Below, in pieces: positions 1 through 13,559 of a DNA stretch of 64,000 nucleotides (positions are counted from its first letter, which is position 1; each line of letters opens with the position of its first letter). The position numbers were made by a program, and so were the translations under genes. The notes below the pieces were generated by a model. That model had not been told where the DNA came from. It was given only the letters and a program-made list of their open reading frames with translations, and did no database searches. Origin of the DNA: a candidate division WOR-3 bacterium (GTDB lineage Bacteria > Hydrothermota > 32-111). The DNA is taken from the NCBI GenBank assembly GCA_039804105.1, contig JBDRZU010000001.1:800001-864000 (forward strand), read 5' to 3'.

Positions 1-729
1 TAGTACACCATAATCATTATATGTTACGCCCAGTTGATTGTTATTATATCCACCGTTAATTTTTAAAACACTTAGCGACTTTTCAAAATATGGTTTTGCC
101 CCATCATAATCATCAGAATTTATGAAAAGCCATGCGAGTGTTCTGTAATCAACTCCAACAAGGGTGTCATTCTTTCCATAAGTTTTTTCTTCAACATCAA
201 TCATTTTTTTCAAATATATTATAGCGTTAGAATAATCGTAAGCATATTCATAAATCTGATACAGATCGTAGTAAGGCATGATCAGATTTTCGTTGTAATC
301 ACCATAACTGTTGTTTTCCTCAAACCATTTTATTGCATCTAAAAGATTTTCAGTTGCGAGATCATCGTAAAAATAATCAAAATAAAGATCTCCAAGGTTT
401 GTTTTAACAATTGCAACATTTTTCTTTTCAGCATCACCACTTGCCTTGAAAGCGGTTATACTTTTATTGAAATATGTTTCAGATTCATCAAATTTATCAA
501 GTTTTTTTGATATGAGTCCAAGGATATTGTAAGCGTGTCCTGCCTCAATACTTTTTGACCCGTATTGTTTCAAAGTATAATCGAGGAGTTCTTGAGCTTT
601 GTTATATCCCATCTCATAGTTTCCTTTTGTGTAATAATTGTTCACAACATCATATCTATCCTGCCATTCATCAGCAAAAACTAAAACAGTAAAAATTAAC
701 ATCACAAGCAAAACAAAAGACTTTTTCAT
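1..729 (-). CDS. Secreted TPR-repeat protein (runs off left edge)
   Basis: Not in the ORF track; translated by hand. ATG at 729 after an AGGAGG SD, then MKKSFVLLVMLIFTVLVFA signal peptide and TPR-like helices (HAYNILGLI..KLDKFDESETYFNKS; GVTYNDYGVL). Frame is open to position 1. Confidence 0.8.
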   Translation of the reverse strand, partial: MKKSFVLLVMLIFTVLVFADEWQDRYDVVNNYYTKGNYEMGYNKAQELLDYTLKQYGSKSIEAGHAYNILGLISKKLDKFDESETYFNKSITAFKASGDAEKKNVAIVKTNLGDLYFDYFYDDLATENLLDAIKWFEENNSYGDYNENLIMPYYDLYQIYEYAYDYSNAIIYLKKMIDVEEKTYGKNDTLVGVDYRTLAWLFINSDDYDGAKPYFEKSLSVLKINGGYNNNQLGVTYNDYGVL

Positions 730-752
730 CTGTCCTCCTTCTGTTAAAAAAG

Positions 753-941
753 TTATTTTTTGTTGCAGGTGTTTATTTTAAAGGGAACATAGAGAAGACA
801 AAATCCGGTTATCGCTGTTAAAAGCAATATTCCCCCCAAAATATAAAAGACCCATAATTTTGTAAGATAACCTATTAAAGCAAAAATGATTGAGATAATT
901 ATTCTGATGATCCTATCAATCTTTCCAACATTACATTTCAT
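753..941 (-). CDS. DUF2892/YgaP-like small membrane protein
   Basis: NVGKIDRIIR start, two TM helices, TAITGFCLLY..INTC end; AGGAGG SD. Confidence 0.85.
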   Translation of the reverse strand: MKCNVGKIDRIIRIIISIIFALIGYLTKLWVFYILGGILLLTAITGFCLLYVPFKINTCNKK

Positions 942-960
942 TTTTCCTCCTTTAAAAATA

Positions 961-1299
961 TCATCCTGGTGGCCAGTTCATCCTTCTTCCACCAAGTATG
1001 TGGAAATGTAGATGAAACACTGATTGTCCCGCTTCAGTTCCAACATTTGAAACAACTCTGTAACTTTCAAGACCAGATTGTTTTGCAACTTTTGAAATAT
1101 TTTTAACCAAAACACTTATTAAATTTTTATCATTTTCATCTATCTTATCGATCGATTCAATATGTTTTTTGGGAATAAGGAGTATATGAACTGGTGCCTG
1201 TGGGGAGATATCTTTAAAAGCAACACATACATCATCCTCATAAACGATCTGAGATTTTATCTCTTTCTTTGCTATTTTACAAAAAATACAATCATCCAT
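961..1299 (-). CDS. hinT: Histidine triad nucleotide-binding protein (HINT family)
   Basis: DCIFCKI, PQAPVH, HLHFHIL triad, WPPG end. Confidence 0.9.
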   Translation of the reverse strand: MDDCIFCKIAKKEIKSQIVYEDDVCVAFKDISPQAPVHILLIPKKHIESIDKIDENDKNLISVLVKNISKVAKQSGLESYRVVSNVGTEAGQSVFHLHFHILGGRRMNWPPG

Positions 1300-1975
1300 T
1301 ATTCGCTCCTTTTAGATAATGGATTATCGAAAGAAAAGCAACTGCAAAAGTTTCTGTTCTTAAAACAGCAACATCAAAGAAAAAAGGTTTTACTCCATTT
1401 TTTATCAAGAACTCCTCCTCCTCTTTTGTGAATCCTGAAGGTGGTCCTATAAAAATATTAACAGATTCGCTTTTAAATTCAATAGTTTTTTCTACCTTTC
1501 TCTCAAGTGAACCAAAAAAAGAATCGATACTCCTATCAAAATCAATTTCAAAAAGTTCTATTGGTTCATTGTAAACTGGAATTTTGAATCTTCTTGATTG
1601 TTTTACAGCAGATTTCAAGATTGAAAAAACTCGGTCTTTTTTTAAAGGATATTTTTCACTTTTTTGCGTTATAATAGGAGTAAAAGATTTTACACCCAAC
1701 TCGGTACACTTTTCAAAAATAAATTTCATCCTGCTTTTATCACATAATCCAAAATAAATGTTTACAAATTCATTTTCAGTTGAATGATCAACTTTGATGA
1801 ATTCATATATTCTACCATACTTATCCACTATACCAGAATATAATATTCCATCACCTGTTGTAAACAATATCTTTGAAGGAATTCTTATTCTGTATACTGA
1901 AAGATGGTGAAGTTCATCTTTTGGAAGAAAAAAATTTTCACCTTTTTTTTCTGCGAAAAAAATCGGTTCAACCAT
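1292..1975 (-). CDS. rsmE: 16S rRNA m3U1498 methyltransferase
   Basis: EKCTELGV, IFIGPPSGF, LRTETFA SPOUT motifs; usual position after dnaJ; TGATG coupling to the dnaJ stop. Confidence 0.88.
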   Translation of the reverse strand: MVEPIFFAEKKGENFFLPKDELHHLSVYRIRIPSKILFTTGDGILYSGIVDKYGRIYEFIKVDHSTENEFVNIYFGLCDKSRMKFIFEKCTELGVKSFTPIITQKSEKYPLKKDRVFSILKSAVKQSRRFKIPVYNEPIELFEIDFDRSIDSFFGSLERKVEKTIEFKSESVNIFIGPPSGFTKEEEEFLIKNGVKPFFFDVAVLRTETFAVAFLSIIHYLKGANNG

Positions 1976-3096
1976 CAAAGAATCTTCTCAAGTTCCTTTA
2001 AAAGATTTTTAACTCTTAAATCAACATTTTTAGGGACCTCAATGTTGACTTTTACAAGTAAGTCCCCTACCTTTTTCGGGTTATTAGGATCTGATAATCC
2101 CTTTCCTTTTACAACAAAAGTTTTTCCCGATTCGGTTCCTTGTGGAATTTTTAATTTTATCTTCTTTCCATCTATTGTATCAATCGTGACTTCCCCACCT
2201 AAAACTGCTGTTGGATATTTTATATAAACTTCAGTTTTGAGATTATCATCCTCCCGAACAAATCTTTTATGGGGAACTTCCTGAAACACTATAATAAGAT
2301 CTCCATACTTGCCACCATTCTTACCAGCATTTCCTTCTCCCTGAATTCGCATATAAGAGTTATCGTAAACACCAGCAGGTATGTCAACTTTGACACTGTG
2401 TTCAACTTTGATTACTCCTTCCCCAAAACAATCTTTGCACTTTTTACCAATGACCTTTCCCTCTCCAGAACATGTTGGACAGGTTGCGACCTGAACTATT
2501 GTTCCAAACATCGATTGCTTTTTGTACTTCCTTTGACCAGTTCCTTTACAATCCGGACAAACAGTTATATCTGTTCCACCTTTACCATCACATGTTCTAC
2601 ATTTTTCATATCTTGTATATTTTAAAGTTTTTGTGGTTCCAGAATATATCTCTTCAAGAGTTAATCTTAAATTTATCTTTATATCTTTACCTTTTCTTTC
2701 CTGTTCATAATATTTTTCGCTTCTTCTTTCAGAAAATCCTCCACCGAAAAGATCATCAAAAATTGACGATCCAAAACCTCCCCTTGAACCAAAAAATTCT
2801 TTGAAAATATCTGAAATATCTTCAGCATGAGAAAAATCCTGCCAACTGAAACCACCCTGACTGAACTGTCCAGATACTCCTTCATATCCATAGGTATCAT
2901 AGAGTTTTCTTTTTTCAGGATCGATTAAAACCTCATACGCTTCAGATATCTCTTTAAATTTTTTTTCAGCTTCCTCTTTGTTGTCCTTGTTCAGATCAGG
3001 ATGATATTTTTTCGCAAGCGCCCGATAGGCTTTTTTGATCTCATCGGGCGTTGCGTTCCTATCAACATTTAAAATTTTATAGTAATCCTTTTCCAT
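1975..3096 (-). CDS. dnaJ: Chaperone DnaJ
   Basis: J-domain with HPD, G/F-rich region, four CxxCxGxG repeats. Confidence 0.97.
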   Translation of the reverse strand: MEKDYYKILNVDRNATPDEIKKAYRALAKKYHPDLNKDNKEEAEKKFKEISEAYEVLIDPEKRKLYDTYGYEGVSGQFSQGGFSWQDFSHAEDISDIFKEFFGSRGGFGSSIFDDLFGGGFSERRSEKYYEQERKGKDIKINLRLTLEEIYSGTTKTLKYTRYEKCRTCDGKGGTDITVCPDCKGTGQRKYKKQSMFGTIVQVATCPTCSGEGKVIGKKCKDCFGEGVIKVEHSVKVDIPAGVYDNSYMRIQGEGNAGKNGGKYGDLIIVFQEVPHKRFVREDDNLKTEVYIKYPTAVLGGEVTIDTIDGKKIKLKIPQGTESGKTFVVKGKGLSDPNNPKKVGDLLVKVNIEVPKNVDLRVKNLLKELEKIL

Positions 3097-3102
3097 CTTT
3101 CA

Positions 3103-5642
<2,540 letters not shown>

Positions 5643-5666
5643 AGTATTTCCCTATCTTTTTATGTT

Positions 5667-5694
5667 AATTTAATTTAAGTTTCCTTCCTGTCAA
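5667..5694 (-). promoter_or_regulatory. sigma70-like promoter of the grpE-dnaK-dnaJ operon
   Basis: TTGACA-N16-TAAATT. Confidence 0.6.
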
Positions 5695-5697
5695 GGT

Positions 5698-8343
5698 TTA
5701 ATTTATAAAAGTAAATTTTTTAGTTAAAACTCTTTCTGGTAATTCAATCCTTATAAAATATACCCCATTCGAAAGATTTGGGGTCAAAACAAATTCTTTT
5801 TTGTTCTTAAAAAAATATAAGGATGTAGAATGAACCAATCGTCCAGCACTATTATAAATCTTTATTCTACCGAATAAAGTTTTATCGGTTAGATAATTTA
5901 TGGTTATCTTGCCAGAAGATAAAAACTCTACATTGAATTTAAAATCTTGAAATTTTTGTTTTTCATCAAGAGTATAGTAAGGTGAAAACTTCGCAAAGAA
6001 AACACCATATTCGTTATCAGAAATAAAAACTCTTTTAGAAAGTGTATCAACTAAAACTTTTTCAACTCTGTTGTTTGGATAAAAACTTGATATTTCGTTA
6101 AGTCCCTCAAACGTATATATTCCAAAACCTTTTGTATTATTATAACCAATCACGCCGTTTTCAACAAGAGACAATCTATTAATCGTTCCAAGATTTTTGT
6201 TTTCAACAAATACGGGATTCAAAGGATCAGTGATATTATATCTTACAATTCCTGAATTTACAGCAGCAAGATAGAGATTATTATCTTTCACTTCACAGAA
6301 AGATTCATTATAACTTGTTGAGAAAAGAGATATTTTCGTAACACCATTTGAGGGATACGATGTTTTCATGATGTATATTCCATTCAGAAGATCTGTCAGA
6401 TAAAATATAGAATCGACCAAAGCGGTTGATGTATAATATTTAAGGGTTCCTTCACTGAAACTTCCAGCATTTTCAAATCTATAATCTGATTTGATATTTA
6501 AAACATAGAAAACCGACTGGGTTGTCAGGAATACAACATAATCTTTTATATCAACATCTGTAATATTCTGAACAACTTTGAAAGAATCTTTCAAAGAGGT
6601 TGAGTTCAGATTAAAAGTGTACAAAGCATTGTCTGTAACCAAAACAAAAATTGAATCGTTTAAGATTTTAAATTTTTTATAGTTGCGACCATCCTGATAT
6701 ATCTGTGAAACTTCTATCAAAGTTGTGTCCGAAAGATTAAGTTCATACAAACCTTTAGTTCCAGCACAAACCCATACATTTCCATCCACAAAATCGATAT
6801 CGTATGCGTTTGATAGATCAAAAGTATAAGATTTTAAATTGACATTGTTTGTGTCAGAACAATCGATTATATTTAAAGGATTGTAAACTCCATCTGTAGC
6901 GATCAGAGAGGATAAAATGTTATAAAATTCTGCTGATACATGAATCTGTCCTGAAATTTCTGGTGTAAAATATGAAAATGTATCAAAAGTTTCATTTATA
7001 AAATTTTTTGTTGTAAAATTGTTGTTTGTCCAGTAAAGTTTTGTCGAGAAGAGTGAATCAGAAATATTTTTAAAATATATTTTTCCTTTTAGACCTTTAA
7101 TATATTTTTTATTATCAATATTAAGGTTACCTGTTCGAAAGCTGTTACCACCAGCAGGTTTGACCTCATAAACACATGAATATGATAATTCTCCATTGAT
7201 ATTGGTATATAAATTCCAAAATGGTTCAGTATAATCCCATGTGTTATGGACTTGAACAAGAGTATCTGTTCCACCATCATCATAACCTATACCAACAACA
7301 GAGTGACCAATATATTCTCCCTGATAGTAATAGTTCAAAACAGCCCAATGCACAGGTCTTATTGAATCGATTTCATTCTTTATATATCTGTAAAAAAATG
7401 TGTCTGAAGTTTGGCCATAAATATGTTGCCCTAAAGTAAAAGAATAGGGATGATTTATGTTAGCAAATGTTGAATGTGCTGGTTTTATGCTATAAACAGA
7501 TGTCCCACCCTCATAAATCGAATCAGTATTCATAAGTATTGCAAGTTGCCTTTGTGTAGAAGGAACATTGTATCTATAAGATCCCAGAACATTATCATAC
7601 CTTGTAAAATAATAATCAACAAAATCACCATATCCTCTTGTATCATAATATGAAAAGATCATAGCAGAAGATGTGGGGGAACATCCATAGGACCATAAAA
7701 CAAAAGGAACATTCGGAATATAGTTTGTCGATTTTTTATCAGAAATTTTATATTCTCCTTTTAACACTTTTTGCCATTTATCACTTACCATATCGTTTTT
7801 TTGAAAACCAATTTTTTTGTATCTTTTATAAGTCGCAAGATCAAAAACACTTTCTTTATATTCATAAAAGAATCTTCCAAAACCTGCATAATATAAAGTT
7901 TTTCCTTCTTGTAAATTGAAATATTCTTTTAATTTTTTCCAATTCACGATGAAATATGGTATTCCTTTTGAATATTCAAGAATCACATTGTTTTCTTTTC
8001 TTGCGGAAATAATTATATATCCTACCCTATCTTTAAAAGATAAAATCTCTTCATCAAAATTTTTGCTTTCAATATTTTCGATCTCTTTTATCAATCTGGT
8101 AAAATCTATTTTTTCATCATAGGAAAAGAAAAACATGTATGCATAGAGATGATCATCAAGGTATGAAAGATATAAAGGTTCTTCATTCAAAATGTACTTT
8201 GGATTCAAACTATTGACTTTTAAAAAAGCAATATTTTTAGCAGTTTGGAGATCTACAAAATTATCTTCGATAATGGGTGTTTTAAACTGGGCAAAAATCG
8301 ATATAGATATAAGAAGAAATAAAAAACTAAAAAATTTTTTCAT
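5698..8343 (-). CDS. Secreted papain-like (C39/C10-like) cysteine peptidase with LVIVD-type beta-propeller and T9SS-like C-terminal domain
   Basis: Signal peptide; WSYGCSPTSSAM (Cys), GHSVVGIGY (His), VHNTWD (Asn); LVIVD-like repeats (YNITDPLNP); C-terminus IYNSAGRLV..LSNGVYFIRI..TKKF. Confidence 0.7.
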   Translation of the reverse strand: MKKFFSFLFLLISISIFAQFKTPIIEDNFVDLQTAKNIAFLKVNSLNPKYILNEEPLYLSYLDDHLYAYMFFFSYDEKIDFTRLIKEIENIESKNFDEEILSFKDRVGYIIISARKENNVILEYSKGIPYFIVNWKKLKEYFNLQEGKTLYYAGFGRFFYEYKESVFDLATYKRYKKIGFQKNDMVSDKWQKVLKGEYKISDKKSTNYIPNVPFVLWSYGCSPTSSAMIFSYYDTRGYGDFVDYYFTRYDNVLGSYRYNVPSTQRQLAILMNTDSIYEGGTSVYSIKPAHSTFANINHPYSFTLGQHIYGQTSDTFFYRYIKNEIDSIRPVHWAVLNYYYQGEYIGHSVVGIGYDDGGTDTLVQVHNTWDYTEPFWNLYTNINGELSYSCVYEVKPAGGNSFRTGNLNIDNKKYIKGLKGKIYFKNISDSLFSTKLYWTNNNFTTKNFINETFDTFSYFTPEISGQIHVSAEFYNILSSLIATDGVYNPLNIIDCSDTNNVNLKSYTFDLSNAYDIDFVDGNVWVCAGTKGLYELNLSDTTLIEVSQIYQDGRNYKKFKILNDSIFVLVTDNALYTFNLNSTSLKDSFKVVQNITDVDIKDYVVFLTTQSVFYVLNIKSDYRFENAGSFSEGTLKYYTSTALVDSIFYLTDLLNGIYIMKTSYPSNGVTKISLFSTSYNESFCEVKDNNLYLAAVNSGIVRYNITDPLNPVFVENKNLGTINRLSLVENGVIGYNNTKGFGIYTFEGLNEISSFYPNNRVEKVLVDTLSKRVFISDNEYGVFFAKFSPYYTLDEKQKFQDFKFNVEFLSSGKITINYLTDKTLFGRIKIYNSAGRLVHSTSLYFFKNKKEFVLTPNLSNGVYFIRIELPERVLTKKFTFIN

Positions 8344-8352
8344 ATATCCCTC

Positions 8353-8706
8353 CTATTTATTAGGGATAACACAGATAAATTTGAAATCCTCTTCAAAAGG
8401 ATTTTTAAACTGATGGATTTCGTTTGGTTCAACATAAACAAAATCACCAACACATATTTCTCTTTCTCCCTCAGAGGAAACAACAATACCTTTTCCACTT
8501 TCAACTTTTACAAGGTGTTCAAAGTCATGTTTGTGAAGAGGTGAATGTCCACCAGGTTTTACTGTAAAAAGTCGCATAATTATTCTTGTTGAACCTTCTT
8601 TTACTCCTATCGGAATCTGCCTTTCAACATTTTTTACACCATCATCTATTACTATATCTTTTTCAACATGATCAATATTATTTATCTTCATATCAATACT
8701 CCTCAT
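8353..8706 (-). CDS. Cupin domain protein
   Basis: PLHKHDFEH and PNEIHQF cupin motifs. Confidence 0.9.
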   Translation of the reverse strand: MRSIDMKINNIDHVEKDIVIDDGVKNVERQIPIGVKEGSTRIIMRLFTVKPGGHSPLHKHDFEHLVKVESGKGIVVSSEGEREICVGDFVYVEPNEIHQFKNPFEEDFKFICVIPNK

Positions 8707-9337
8707 GTGGATCTTTTTGTTTTATCAATTTTTTATAATTTTCTCCATAATAATCTTTTGCTTTCACGATCTTAATCTCTTTCATGTAATCACCTTTTGA
8801 GATTTTATCTAAAACTTCAATCTTTTCTATGACCTGACCGAAAACCGTATATTTCCCGTTAAGATGTGGTGTTGAATCGAGACATATATAAAATTGACTG
8901 CCTGCAGAGTTTGGATCCTGTGCTCTTGCCATAGCAACAGTTCCTTTGATATGTTTTATATCATTAAACTCAGCATCTATAGTATAGCCAGGCCCTCCCA
9001 TGTTTGTATTATCGGGACTACCTGTTTGGATCACAAATTTTGGTTCTACACGGAAAATTATCAATCCGTTATAAAATTTTTTTAAAGAGAGTGTTAAAAA
9101 ATTTTTAACATGATTTGGGGCTTTTTCTGGATAGAATCTTATAACCATCGTATCCTCTTCCTTTCCATCTTTTGATTGCCAAACAAACAAAGCAAGGTAA
9201 TCCTTTTTAAAATCAAAATTTTTTAAAGGATCTATAGTTTTTGTTTCCATCTTTTCCTCTTTTGTTTCATTTTTTTTACATCCATAAAATGAAAAGATTA
9301 TAAAAATTGTAAGTATTACAAAAACTATTCTTTTCAT
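8693..9337 (-). CDS. Cyclophilin-type peptidyl-prolyl isomerase, probable lipoprotein
   Basis: FYGC lipobox; APNHVKNF, GTVAMAR, SAGSQFYI, YTVFGQV. Confidence 0.92.
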   Translation of the reverse strand: MKRIVFVILTIFIIFSFYGCKKNETKEEKMETKTIDPLKNFDFKKDYLALFVWQSKDGKEEDTMVIRFYPEKAPNHVKNFLTLSLKKFYNGLIIFRVEPKFVIQTGSPDNTNMGGPGYTIDAEFNDIKHIKGTVAMARAQDPNSAGSQFYICLDSTPHLNGKYTVFGQVIEKIEVLDKISKGDYMKEIKIVKAKDYYGENYKKLIKQKDPHEEY

Positions 9338-9347
9338 TTTAAACCTC

Positions 9348-10310
9348 CTATTTTCTTAATGTTATCAGATAAAGGTAAACAATATACGAGATAAGCATAA
9401 AAAATGAACCTTTTTTACCTAAAGAATGTTTTTTCCCAAGAAACATCAGACCAAAGAGCAAAAAAGTTGAATACAACAAGACAGAAAGATCAAAATTAAA
9501 AAAAGTTTTATATTCAACATTGTTTATTACACTGGAAATTCCAAGAATAAAAAGATTATTAAAAATATTGGATCCAATGATATTCCCTATTGCTATATCA
9601 CTATTCTTTTTATAGGATGCAACCGCTGATGTTACAAGTTCAGGAAGCGAAGTTCCAATGGCAACAACCGTAAGAGAAATGAAAGCTTCTGAAATTCTTA
9701 AAAACCTTGCTATAAAAATTGCAGAGGAAACAAGAAATTTTGCTGATATGAACAGAAATACCATTCCTAAAACTATAAAAACCAAAGATTTTTCAAAACT
9801 AAAAACTTTAATATTTTCTTCGACAACAGGTTCAACCTTTGCAATCTTTATAACATAATATAGAAAACAAACGAAAAATATTAAAAGAACAATACCTTCA
9901 CTTTTTGATAAAGAATTTGAAAAATTGGAACCATTTATAAATTTGTCGTTCAAAAAAATAAAAAGAATAAAGGCAGCAAAAAAGGAAAAGGGAATTTCTT
10001 TATAGGTGGTATTCTTTTTCACAACTATTGGATTTACAAGACCTGAAATCCCAAGTATCAAAAGTATATTTGTGATGTTGGAACCGATTATGTTTCCCAA
10101 AACTATCTCGTTATGTTTTGAAAAAGAGGAGATGATATTTATAACAAGTTCAGGTAAAGATGTTCCCATCGAGACAAGAGTAAGACCAATAACCATCTGG
10201 GAAACATTAAAATGTTTAGCTATCGATGAAGAACCTGCAACAAAAAAATCAGCTGATTTTATCAACACCAAAAGCGAAACTAAAAAGATTATTAACTGTA
10301 AAAAAAACAT
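9348..10310 (-). CDS. Ca2+/Na+ antiporter (YrbG/CaCA family)
   Basis: Two GTSLPE and two GNIIGSNI alpha-repeats; ATG at 10310 preferred over TTG at 10328. Confidence 0.92.
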   Translation of the reverse strand: MFFLQLIIFLVSLLVLIKSADFFVAGSSSIAKHFNVSQMVIGLTLVSMGTSLPELVINIISSFSKHNEIVLGNIIGSNITNILLILGISGLVNPIVVKKNTTYKEIPFSFFAAFILFIFLNDKFINGSNFSNSLSKSEGIVLLIFFVCFLYYVIKIAKVEPVVEENIKVFSFEKSLVFIVLGMVFLFISAKFLVSSAIFIARFLRISEAFISLTVVAIGTSLPELVTSAVASYKKNSDIAIGNIIGSNIFNNLFILGISSVINNVEYKTFFNFDLSVLLYSTFLLFGLMFLGKKHSLGKKGSFFMLISYIVYLYLITLRK

Positions 10311-10316
10311 AAAAAA

Positions 10317-10344
10317 ATTATATACCAATAAAATTTAAAGTAAA
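10317..10344 (-). promoter_or_regulatory. sigma70-like promoter, probably leaderless (antiporter-ppi-cupin)
   Basis: TTTACT-N16-TATAAT-N6-ATG, no SD. Confidence 0.55.
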
Positions 10345-10351
10345 TATGAAA

Positions 10352-12706
10352 TCAGATTACAATTTTTTCGTTTTTATTCAGTTTACCAGAAATTATTATT
10401 TCGGAAAGTTTATTTTCAACAGATGTTTGAATAACCCTTTTAATAGGTCTTGCACCATATTCCATTGAATAACCCTCTTCAAGGATCTTATTTTTCGTTT
10501 TCTCACTAACTTCGAATTCGATTCCAAACTCTTTCGCTCTCTCTTTCACTTTTGCGATTTGTATTTCTATTATCTTTTGGATCTGTTCCTTTGTAAGGTT
10601 TTTGAAAACTATTATATCATCAAGTCGATTTATGAATTCAGGTTTAAAGTGATTTTTTATTTCATACATGATTTTTTCTTTGATCATATCATAATCATCT
10701 GAAAAATCTATCCTCCCTGAACCTATGTTTGATGTCATTATGATTATGGTGTTTCTGAAATCAACAAGATGTCCCTGTCCATCTGTCAACCTTCCATCAT
10801 CTAGCACTTGAAGGAGAATGTTGTAAATATCAGGATGTGCTTTTTCAATCTCATCAAAAAGAATAACAGAAAAAGGTCGTTTCCTTATAACCTCAGTAAG
10901 TTGACCGCCTTCTTCATAGCCAACATAACCTGGCGGTGCACCGATTAATCTACTGACTGAAAACTTTTCCATATACTCACTCATATCTATCCTTACAAGA
11001 GCATCCTCTATATCAAATAAAAACTCTGCTAAAGATTTTGCAACTTCAGTTTTTCCAACTCCAGTTGGTCCAACAAAAAGAAATGAACCGATAGGCCTTT
11101 TGGGATCAGATAATCCTGCTCTTGACCTTCTTATCGCATTTGAAATCTGTTTTATCGCTTCTTCCTGACCAACAACCCTTTTGTGTAACCTTTCTTCCAT
11201 TTTTAAAAGTTTCTCTTTCTCACTTTCAACCATTCTCGCAACAGGTATTCCTGTCCATTTTGAAACTATCTGAGCAACCATATCACCATCAACTTCAGTT
11301 TTCAGCTTGTTCTTTTTTATCCATTCATCCTTTTTCTTTTTCAACTCTTCAGATATTTTATCACTCTCCTTTTTCAACTCTGCTGCTTTCTCATAATCTT
11401 TTCTAATAACAGCACTCTCTCCATCCTCCTGAATCTTTTTTATTCTGTTTTCAAGAACCTTTATCTCTTCTGGCATCGAGAAGATTTGAAGTTTTAACCT
11501 TGCGGATGCCTCATCTATCAGATCTATTGCTTTATCAGGTAACCTTCTATCAGTAATATATCTATAGGATAGTTTTGCTGCTTGAACTAAAGCATCATCT
11601 GTGATCTTGACTTTATGATGTTCCTCATATTTTTTTCTGAGACCTTTTAAGATTTCGATTGTCTGATCCACACTTGGTTCTTTTACAATTATCGGTTGAA
11701 ATCTTCTTTCAAGTGCTCGGTCCTTTTCTATATATTTTCTGTATTCATCAATAGTCGTTGCACCTATAACCTGCATCTCACCTCTTGCAAGTGCTGGTTT
11801 TAACATATTTGAAGCATCAAGTGAACCTTCAGCCCTTCCAGCACCAACAAGATTATGTAGTTCATCTATGAAAAGTATTATTTTACCATTCGATTTAACT
11901 ATCTCATCAACAAGAAGTTTTAACCTCTGCTCAAATTCACCTCTAAATTGCGTTCCAGCAACGAGAGCACCCATATCGAGTCCCAGTATTTTTCTTGATT
12001 TTAAATTATCGGGAACATCACCTTCAACTATCTTTTGAGCGAGTCCCTCAACTATTGCAGTTTTTCCTACACCCGCTTCTCCAATAAGAACAGGATTATT
12101 TTTTGTTCTTCTTGAAAGAATCTCGATCGCTCTTTCAACTTCTTCTTCTCTTCCTATAACTGGATCAAGTTTTTTCAACCTTGCAAGTTCAGTAAAATCT
12201 CTTGTGTATTTTTTTAACACATTATAGTTTTTTTCAGCATTTTCACTTGTAATTCTCTGATTTCCCCTTAGATCCTGTAAAACATCATAAACCTTTTCTT
12301 TTGTGATATTATATCTTGTAAAAATATTGTTTACTGTTTTGTTTGAAATATCAAAAAGTCCAAGAAAAAGATGTTCAGATCCAAGATATTCATCCTTCAT
12401 CCTTTCTCTTTCCCGATCCGCATTATCAAAGAGTTGTTCGGTATCATAGGTAATATAAACCTGATAGCCACTTCCATGTTCTACATAGGGAAGATTATTT
12501 AACTCCTTATCAACATCATCAATTATACTTCTTCTGCTTATTTTTAATTCTTCTATGATCGATGGAACAATCGATTCATCACTCGCAAGGAGACCTCTTA
12601 AAATATGGATAGGTGTAAGTTCCGTATGTTTCTTTTGTCTTAAAATTTCCTGTGCAACACCTATCGCTGATCTTGCACCTTCAGTTATTCTATCAAAATT
12701 GATCAT
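10352..12706 (-). CDS. Class I Clp/Hsp100 AAA+ ATPase (ClpC/ClpB family)
   Basis: Clp-N repeats; Walker A GEAGVGKT and [16 protein letters not shown]; short middle domain; ATG at 12706 with GGTGGAGG SD. Confidence 0.93.
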   Translation of the reverse strand: MINFDRITEGARSAIGVAQEILRQKKHTELTPIHILRGLLASDESIVPSIIEELKISRRSIIDDVDKELNNLPYVEHGSGYQVYITYDTEQLFDNADRERERMKDEYLGSEHLFLGLFDISNKTVNNIFTRYNITKEKVYDVLQDLRGNQRITSENAEKNYNVLKKYTRDFTELARLKKLDPVIGREEEVERAIEILSRRTKNNPVLIGEAGVGKTAIVEGLAQKIVEGDVPDNLKSRKILGLDMGALVAGTQFRGEFEQRLKLLVDEIVKSNGKIILFIDELHNLVGAGRAEGSLDASNMLKPALARGEMQVIGATTIDEYRKYIEKDRALERRFQPIIVKEPSVDQTIEILKGLRKKYEEHHKVKITDDALVQAAKLSYRYITDRRLPDKAIDLIDEASARLKLQIFSMPEEIKVLENRIKKIQEDGESAVIRKDYEKAAELKKESDKISEELKKKKDEWIKKNKLKTEVDGDMVAQIVSKWTGIPVARMVESEKEKLLKMEERLHKRVVGQEEAIKQISNAIRRSRAGLSDPKRPIGSFLFVGPTGVGKTEVAKSLAEFLFDIEDALVRIDMSEYMEKFSVSRLIGAPPGYVGYEEGGQLTEVIRKRPFSVILFDEIEKAHPDIYNILLQVLDDGRLTDGQGHLVDFRNTIIIMTSNIGSGRIDFSDDYDMIKEKIMYEIKNHFKPEFINRLDDIIVFKNLTKEQIQKIIEIQIAKVKERAKEFGIEFEVSEKTKNKILEEGYSMEYGARPIKRVIQTSVENKLSEIIISGKLNKNEKIVI

Positions 12707-12723
12707 ATTAAACCTCCACCCAA

Positions 12724-12751
12724 AATATAATTCTGGTAGAGGTTCTGTCAA
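12724..12751 (-). promoter_or_regulatory. sigma70-like promoter of the clp ATPase gene
   Basis: TTGACA-N16-TATATT. Confidence 0.6.
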
Positions 12752-12755
12752 GATT

Positions 12756-13559
12756 TCATTCTACAATGTAAGGGAAAATTATTCCATAAGTTGAATATTC
12801 CAAAGAATCATCTTCAAGTGTTTGTTTTGTGAAACCATCTATAAGCATTCTATATGTTTTTTTGATAAACGGAACTCTGAATGTCTGTATATAAACATTT
12901 TCAGAAGAGTAAACTATTTCTTTCCTTTTTAGATAAGAATGAACGAAAAACCTTGATGTTGTATCTGTTGAAAAAACTGATAACTGTATCACTGTTCCTG
13001 ATGGAAGAGAAATTATTTCGTTTTTTCCAAAATATGATGTATCCATTTTTATCATCGTATCGATTATACCATCAGCAAAAATTTTTATCGAATCAAATTT
13101 AACATCTGAATGATTTTTAGTATAAATGTATGTATTGGTAATTTTCACAAGACGCCATCCGTTATGATAATCGAGTGTTGTATCCTTTTTAAAAAAACAA
13201 TATTTTACAATTGTGTCGATATAAGGTTTTGCAATGTGAACTGTGTCTGAATCTGAAATATACCAAAGGTTCATATCACCTGGAAATATGATTTTAATTG
13301 TTGCATAAGCTGAGTCACCGATAACATCAATATCGATATCATAACTTATACTGTCATCTGCCGACTTTGTTCTGTACCAGAGGAATGGTTCTATTGGTGT
13401 TTTGACTTCAGTTGTTTCCTCATCAGCATCATAGGTTAAAAAAAGCATATCCTGTAAAGAATATATCAAATCGTCTATACTTGCTTCATCACTTTTTTTG
13501 TTGAGAGCACAGGAAAGAAAAAGTATTATTATTAAAAGCAAAAGAAAAAATTTTTTCAT
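12756..13559 (-). CDS. Hypothetical lipoprotein
   Basis: MKK + hydrophobic stretch + LFLSC lipobox; beta-rich; no family recognised. Confidence 0.7.
   Translation of the reverse strand: MKKFFLLLLIIILFLSCALNKKSDEASIDDLIYSLQDMLFLTYDADEETTEVKTPIEPFLWYRTKSADDSISYDIDIDVIGDSAYATIKIIFPGDMNLWYISDSDTVHIAKPYIDTIVKYCFFKKDTTLDYHNGWRLVKITNTYIYTKNHSDVKFDSIKIFADGIIDTMIKMDTSYFGKNEIISLPSGTVIQLSVFSTDTTSRFFVHSYLKRKEIVYSSENVYIQTFRVPFIKKTYRMLIDGFTKQTLEDDSLEYSTYGIIFPYIVE

Noticed and set aside
12707..12751. TTG-start extension of the Clp ATPase
   Set aside because: That TTG is the -35 box; ATG 12706 has the SD
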